A stretch of DNA of 61,486 nucleotides, counting the filler. It is 14 parts of 14 records of this genome, joined end to end, with 100 filler letters (N's around TTAATTAATTAA, not from the genome) between each part and the next. Parts side by side here need not be neighbours in the genome. Positions count along the whole stretch, not along the records: positions 57,172 to 61,486 come from SRR15195285_13054; 13 more parts are not named here. The stretch is one strand, 5' to 3'. Shown in pieces: positions 57,478-61,486 of the stretch (position 1 is its first letter; each line of letters begins with the position of its first letter). A program made the translations under genes and the position numbers. The notes beneath the pieces are model-generated. The model worked only from the letters and a program-made list of their open reading frames with translations, was not told the DNA's origin and did no database searches.

Positions 57478-60400
57478 TCACAGAACATCCAGCGTGATAT
57501 TAGCAGCCCTTGCGCCATCGCCGACGCGCAGCGTCCAGGTGCCAGTCTCAACGGCGCGACCACCCATCTTTCGTGCGCGTGTAAGGTCGTGAGCAGTGCA
57601 TGTAAACGTCACGTTGGTGGTTTCGCCAGGGTGCAGCCAGACCTTCTCAAATCCAATGAGCTCTCTCAGTGGCGCCCCATCCTACAGTGCGGTAAGACAA
57701 CTGTTGGTGTACAGACAGTAGAATGATACGAAGACCAGGCAAGGTGGCGTTGCATGCAGATCAAATAAGCTGCCAGTAATAGCAACAGAACGCACACGGC
57801 CAGGATGTGGTGGAGCCATCATCGCGAGCACAGCATGTGCACCAGCATGCGCGCCTGTGTTTGTCACTAAGACCGTTATCGTCTGTGTAGCCGGATTACT
57901 ATTGGCCAGGTCCGTTCCACGCCGAAATACATGCCGACGTGATGCAGTGGTTGCGTACTCCTGCAGAGCAGATGCGTCGATTTGGACCGCGCTCGGCGTA
58001 ACGAGGTGATAGTCGAATGACGAATACGAAAGCCCATCGCCAAATGAATACGAGGCCTGACCAGTGTCTGCATAGAAACATACATACCACAGATCAGCAT
58101 GGTCCCCACAAGATGATCGATATCGTGGACGATCAAAGTGAGCTGGTTTTCAAAGTGAGATACGCTGACAATCAAAGTGAGCTGATTTTCAAAAATGCAA
58201 CAGACGTACAGAATCTGTGTGTGCGTCCGGGGTTTCCGGTGGTCTTGTTGGGCCGCATATGTGAGTCGAAATATGACGCGTTGCGTGGCGATGACACGCC
58301 GCCAGTGTAAGGGTCAGTCCCCTGGACCCATTGATCTGGATATGTTGTTGGGTAGAACGTTGTTGTGAGTTTGCCATCTGGGTTGTGGACGCCGAAAAGT
58401 ACATCAGCGAGAGCTTGACCTGCCGCCTCCCCCCCGTAGCCGATCCAGACGATCGCCCCGACATTGGGGTGTGCTTTTATAGGGGACAGGTCTACTGACG
58501 ACCCACTCACAGTCACAATGATTGGGGACGGGGATGCGGCTGCAACACTCTGAACGAGCTTCAGCTGAGCGCCAGGGAGGCCGATCCCCGCAAACGCGCG
58601 GTAATCTCCGTTCTCTCCCTCGAATGAGCCGTCAATGCCAATGCTTACTATTGTCGACGCTGCTGTGGTGGCAGCCTGCACGGCCGCAGCAAACCCTTCG
58701 CTATCCTCTGCGCAGTCGATTGCAGACGACTTGCGCTTTCCCATCACAAACTTTGGATCAGCACAGCCAACCACTATCACTGGTTGGCTGCCCGAGTAGT
58801 TGGCAATCGCCGATACAGCGGAGCCAGTGTACGCCCCTCCTGTTCCACTCTTTGAGTAGCCTCCAGCACGAACTTCAAGACAAGGGCCTAGCAACGCAAG
58901 CTGACCCAGGCCGGGCTCAAGGGGTAGCGTACTGTGCAAGTTTTGTAGTAGCACGATCCCCTGTCGCGCCGCGTCCAGAGCAAGCTGCTGATTGTTTTCG
59001 GTGGCAACGTTTTCTCCATCCAACGCCGCGAACCGATTGCCTTCCAGTGGATCAAACAGCCCAAGCCGCATTTGTACGGTGAAGAGATGCTCCAGTGCTT
59101 GGGCCCGTGCGGCGTCACCCTCAGGCCCTGTTCGGCTATCTATACTCCCTCCACCCAAGTTGCAGTTCGAGTCCAGACCGGCTGACGCGAGTGAGGAGCC
59201 ATTTGGAATCGAGTACCCATGGCCTCCAGCACTTCCAATCCCACGGTCAGCTACACGGTTGACGTCATCAGGACCAAGTTGGAGCTCAGAATCCTGAGCC
59301 CACGGGTGTGCCTTCGGCTCCGGATTGGTTACACCGGCCACTGCACCACTGTACATCGAATCAATCCAGTGAGATCAGCTGTTTGGCATTCTAAATGATA
59401 GCTACAGCGGCACAGTGGAGTGTCAGCTCACCAGTCACTGGTCACATACCTGCTCCAGGCAACACAGATCACACTAAGTGCCACGACGGGTACAATACAC
59501 TTGCAATTTTTGTGAGGCCACAGTTGCGTACCCGTTGAATCCCCAGTCGCCTCGAGCAACTGTATTCATTGCCCATGAATTCGCGCATGCAGGTACCGAG
59601 TTCACTGCATTATATGAACACATCAGACCGGAAACACCGCCCTGCAGCAAATTCAGCAGCTCGTTCAGACTGCAGGTATGAATGTCAGACTGTCTCAGAA
59701 CCTTACGGTCGCCGCATACAGCATGGAAGACTGAAGCATGGACAACTAACACGTTCGACAGCATCGTGAAAAGCGACCAGGTATGTGTCCTCAATATCAC
59801 GCTGGTCAGTGACAGCGTTGAAGTTCAAACGGCAGTTGTCCCCGAGCGTGTAGCAGTTCTCCAGATTGTAACCAAAGTAGTGCTTTGCACATGCGCTTGA
59901 GCGCAGTGGGGCGTCTGGCGAGGCAGATGCGTTCACACCCTGAAATCCGGCGATGAAATTGGCACCGTATTCGCCAGCCAATGTGGGATCTTCACCTGGT
60001 GTCTCCTGCATATTTTATATTGTGCAGAACGGGGCTCACACTTCAGCAAACATCCACAAAGACGGTCCCACGCGCATGGACCGGGCGCAAGAACGACCGT
60101 ACCTGTCCGCGACCCCAGCGTGCGTCCTTCGGCGACACAAATTTTACAACCAGCCAGGCGCACCAAGGGGTCAATGCATCTATTGTGACGCAACTTTCAC
60201 TATACGCACCTAGTTGCTGACGAGTGACAGATCAATGCGAGTAAGCTGAACGCACTCGAACGATGTTTAGATTTGGACTCCAAAAGGACCACCCGTCTGC
60301 CGCTCCGACGTTTGACATCGCGCGCGCTTCAGTGCCAATTGCGTTCCCAACGTCATGGAATAGGGTTTTGTTGAAAGATGCAGCCGTCGTTATCGCCGCC

Positions 60401-61314
60401 GGAAACGAGACCGGGCATCTGCTCTTGCCGCCTGCCATGTTCACACACCCTGACTGTACACCGTGTAAGGCTTCAGACCACCAGTTCGTCGGGGTCACCC
60501 AGAGCGAGTGCACAGGGCCAGCCACATTGACTAGCAGCTTTGCCACGTCAGACGCAGGTACTCGTTCAACGAGATCTGCAACACGTTGCTTCACTGGCAG
60601 GGACGTGTCGCACATTGGCAGAGCAGCCGCGGGAGATGGTCGGTCGCATGGCCGCACTGGCGTCCCAAACGACACGCATAGGCTGCACCCTCTTCCGCAA
60701 CCAACCGCGTGGTTGAACCCACCGCGTGGCGTCACTACGAACACGCCATGGATTGTACTTGCATTGGCTTGCTTGAACGAGACCAGCGGCGGTCGCGGAT
60801 CTACCGTGCCTTCGGTATCCTCCAGCCCCTGACCTGGCCCCAGCCACAGCACGGCGTTTGTCAGGCCGCCGTTCTGCAGCCCAACGGCCCCACCGTTCTG
60901 GAGCTGCAGGCTGCTAGTGCTTGCGTTGTGCATGGGCGCCCATGACTGCGCCTTTCCAGGCGGTGTGGCGCAGCCCGTCACAGTCAGCCCGGATCCACGT
61001 TCGCCTGGCGATACCGCCGTGAGACACTGCGAGGTGTCGGCGGCCAGCCTGACCAGACCGCCCGCTGCTGTGTCGAACACAAACTCTTGCCTAGGCCGCA
61101 GCACAGCGTACCTGCGCCGCGCACAGCATTGGTATAAGTGGCCGCGATCAATCGACGCCGCCTGTACCACGAACGTGCTGGTGTCGGACGGAGTATGGAC
61201 TTACGCATTGCTGGCATTGGGCGTGTCAAAGCACGGCGCCACGCGCAGCGCTCCGTCGTCTGGTCCTGCCAGCGCTGCTGCGATCATAGCCGCACAAAGC
61301 AGCCCGGGCAACAT
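57478..61314 (-). CDS. Secreted GH3 beta-xylosidase/beta-glucosidase-like enzyme with N-terminal ricin-B-like module and C-terminal Fn3-like domain; 8 introns
   Basis: Signal peptide; ricin-like QCLT...GC...AQSW; WWSEALHGV, SFPAAITTAASFN, WSPNLNIVRDARWGRGQETPGEDP, CAKHY, LMCSYNAVN, GYVTSDCGAV (nucleophile), GIVLLQN, EGENGD, GYGGEAAG, GRTHRFY, FGDGLSYSSF, RELIGFEKV. Confidence 0.92.
58132..58193. repeat. Intronic direct repeat (23 nt x2, period 39) in GH3 gene
   Basis: atcaaagtgagctg(g/a)ttttcaaa at 58132 and 58171, with a third tcaaagtgag core at 58150. Confidence 0.85.
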
Positions 61315-61486
61315 ACTGCACTGGGAGTACCGAGTACTCAAGGACCTATACTACTCTGGTGGTGACCACCGGCTCTAGAACTCGTCCGTCCCGGAGATCA
61401 CACGGAGGCCTTCCGGTGCGCCCTGCATTTATGGATTTAGAGGTGACTGGTCTCAATTGAGAGGAGTGCCCAGGTTCTGAGTGGTC

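Noticed and set aside
1..61486. Genome-wide reassignment of TGA
   Set aside because: Well-defined genes end in TGA (ACAD after PTS1, GH3, WW protein, ABC1 kinase), conserved Trp residues use TGG, and long ORFs such as the JmjC gene contain no internal TGA.
1..61486. tRNA, rRNA, transposase, reverse transcriptase or viral genes
   Set aside because: No recognisable sequence or motif for any of these was seen by eye.

Overview
This window is eukaryotic DNA. It consists of 14 short contigs (about 3-5.6 kb each) joined by 13 identical artificial 100-nt linkers (N44-TTAATTAATTAA-N44), so adjacency across a linker carries no information. The genome is GC-rich and gene-dense, with short spliceosomal introns (about 65-240 nt, GT..AG, plus one required GC..AG), consistent with a protist single-cell or metagenomic assembly; the lineage cannot be established from this window. 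Manually spliced gene models include a single-pass receptor-like Ser/Thr kinase, an NRF/acyltransferase-3 membrane protein, a large JmjN/JmjC demethylase with two extended PHD fingers, a PWI+WW protein, an ATAD1/Msp1-like AAA ATPase, a cytochrome b5-fused acyl-CoA dehydrogenase ending in PTS1 (-ARL), EF-hand and MIT-EF-PDZ proteins, a SAM-domain membrane protein, a PPEF/RdgC-like phosphatase, an ABC1 atypical kinase, an equilibrative nucleoside transporter and a GH3 glycosidase with a ricin-like module. Points most worth follow-up: (1) the SAM-domain frame has three in-frame TGA codons, the first followed by a near-perfect 23-bp-arm palindrome; (2) three intron-containing enzymes of bacterial type (penicillin acylase S45, FrhB-like Fe-S protein, GH-like TIM barrel); (3) unusual domain architectures; (4) micro-exons carrying GH3 active-site motifs; (5) palindrome-rich intergenic DNA with a recurring GGGATTCAT motif. 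All family assignments come from motif recognition by eye, not database searches.
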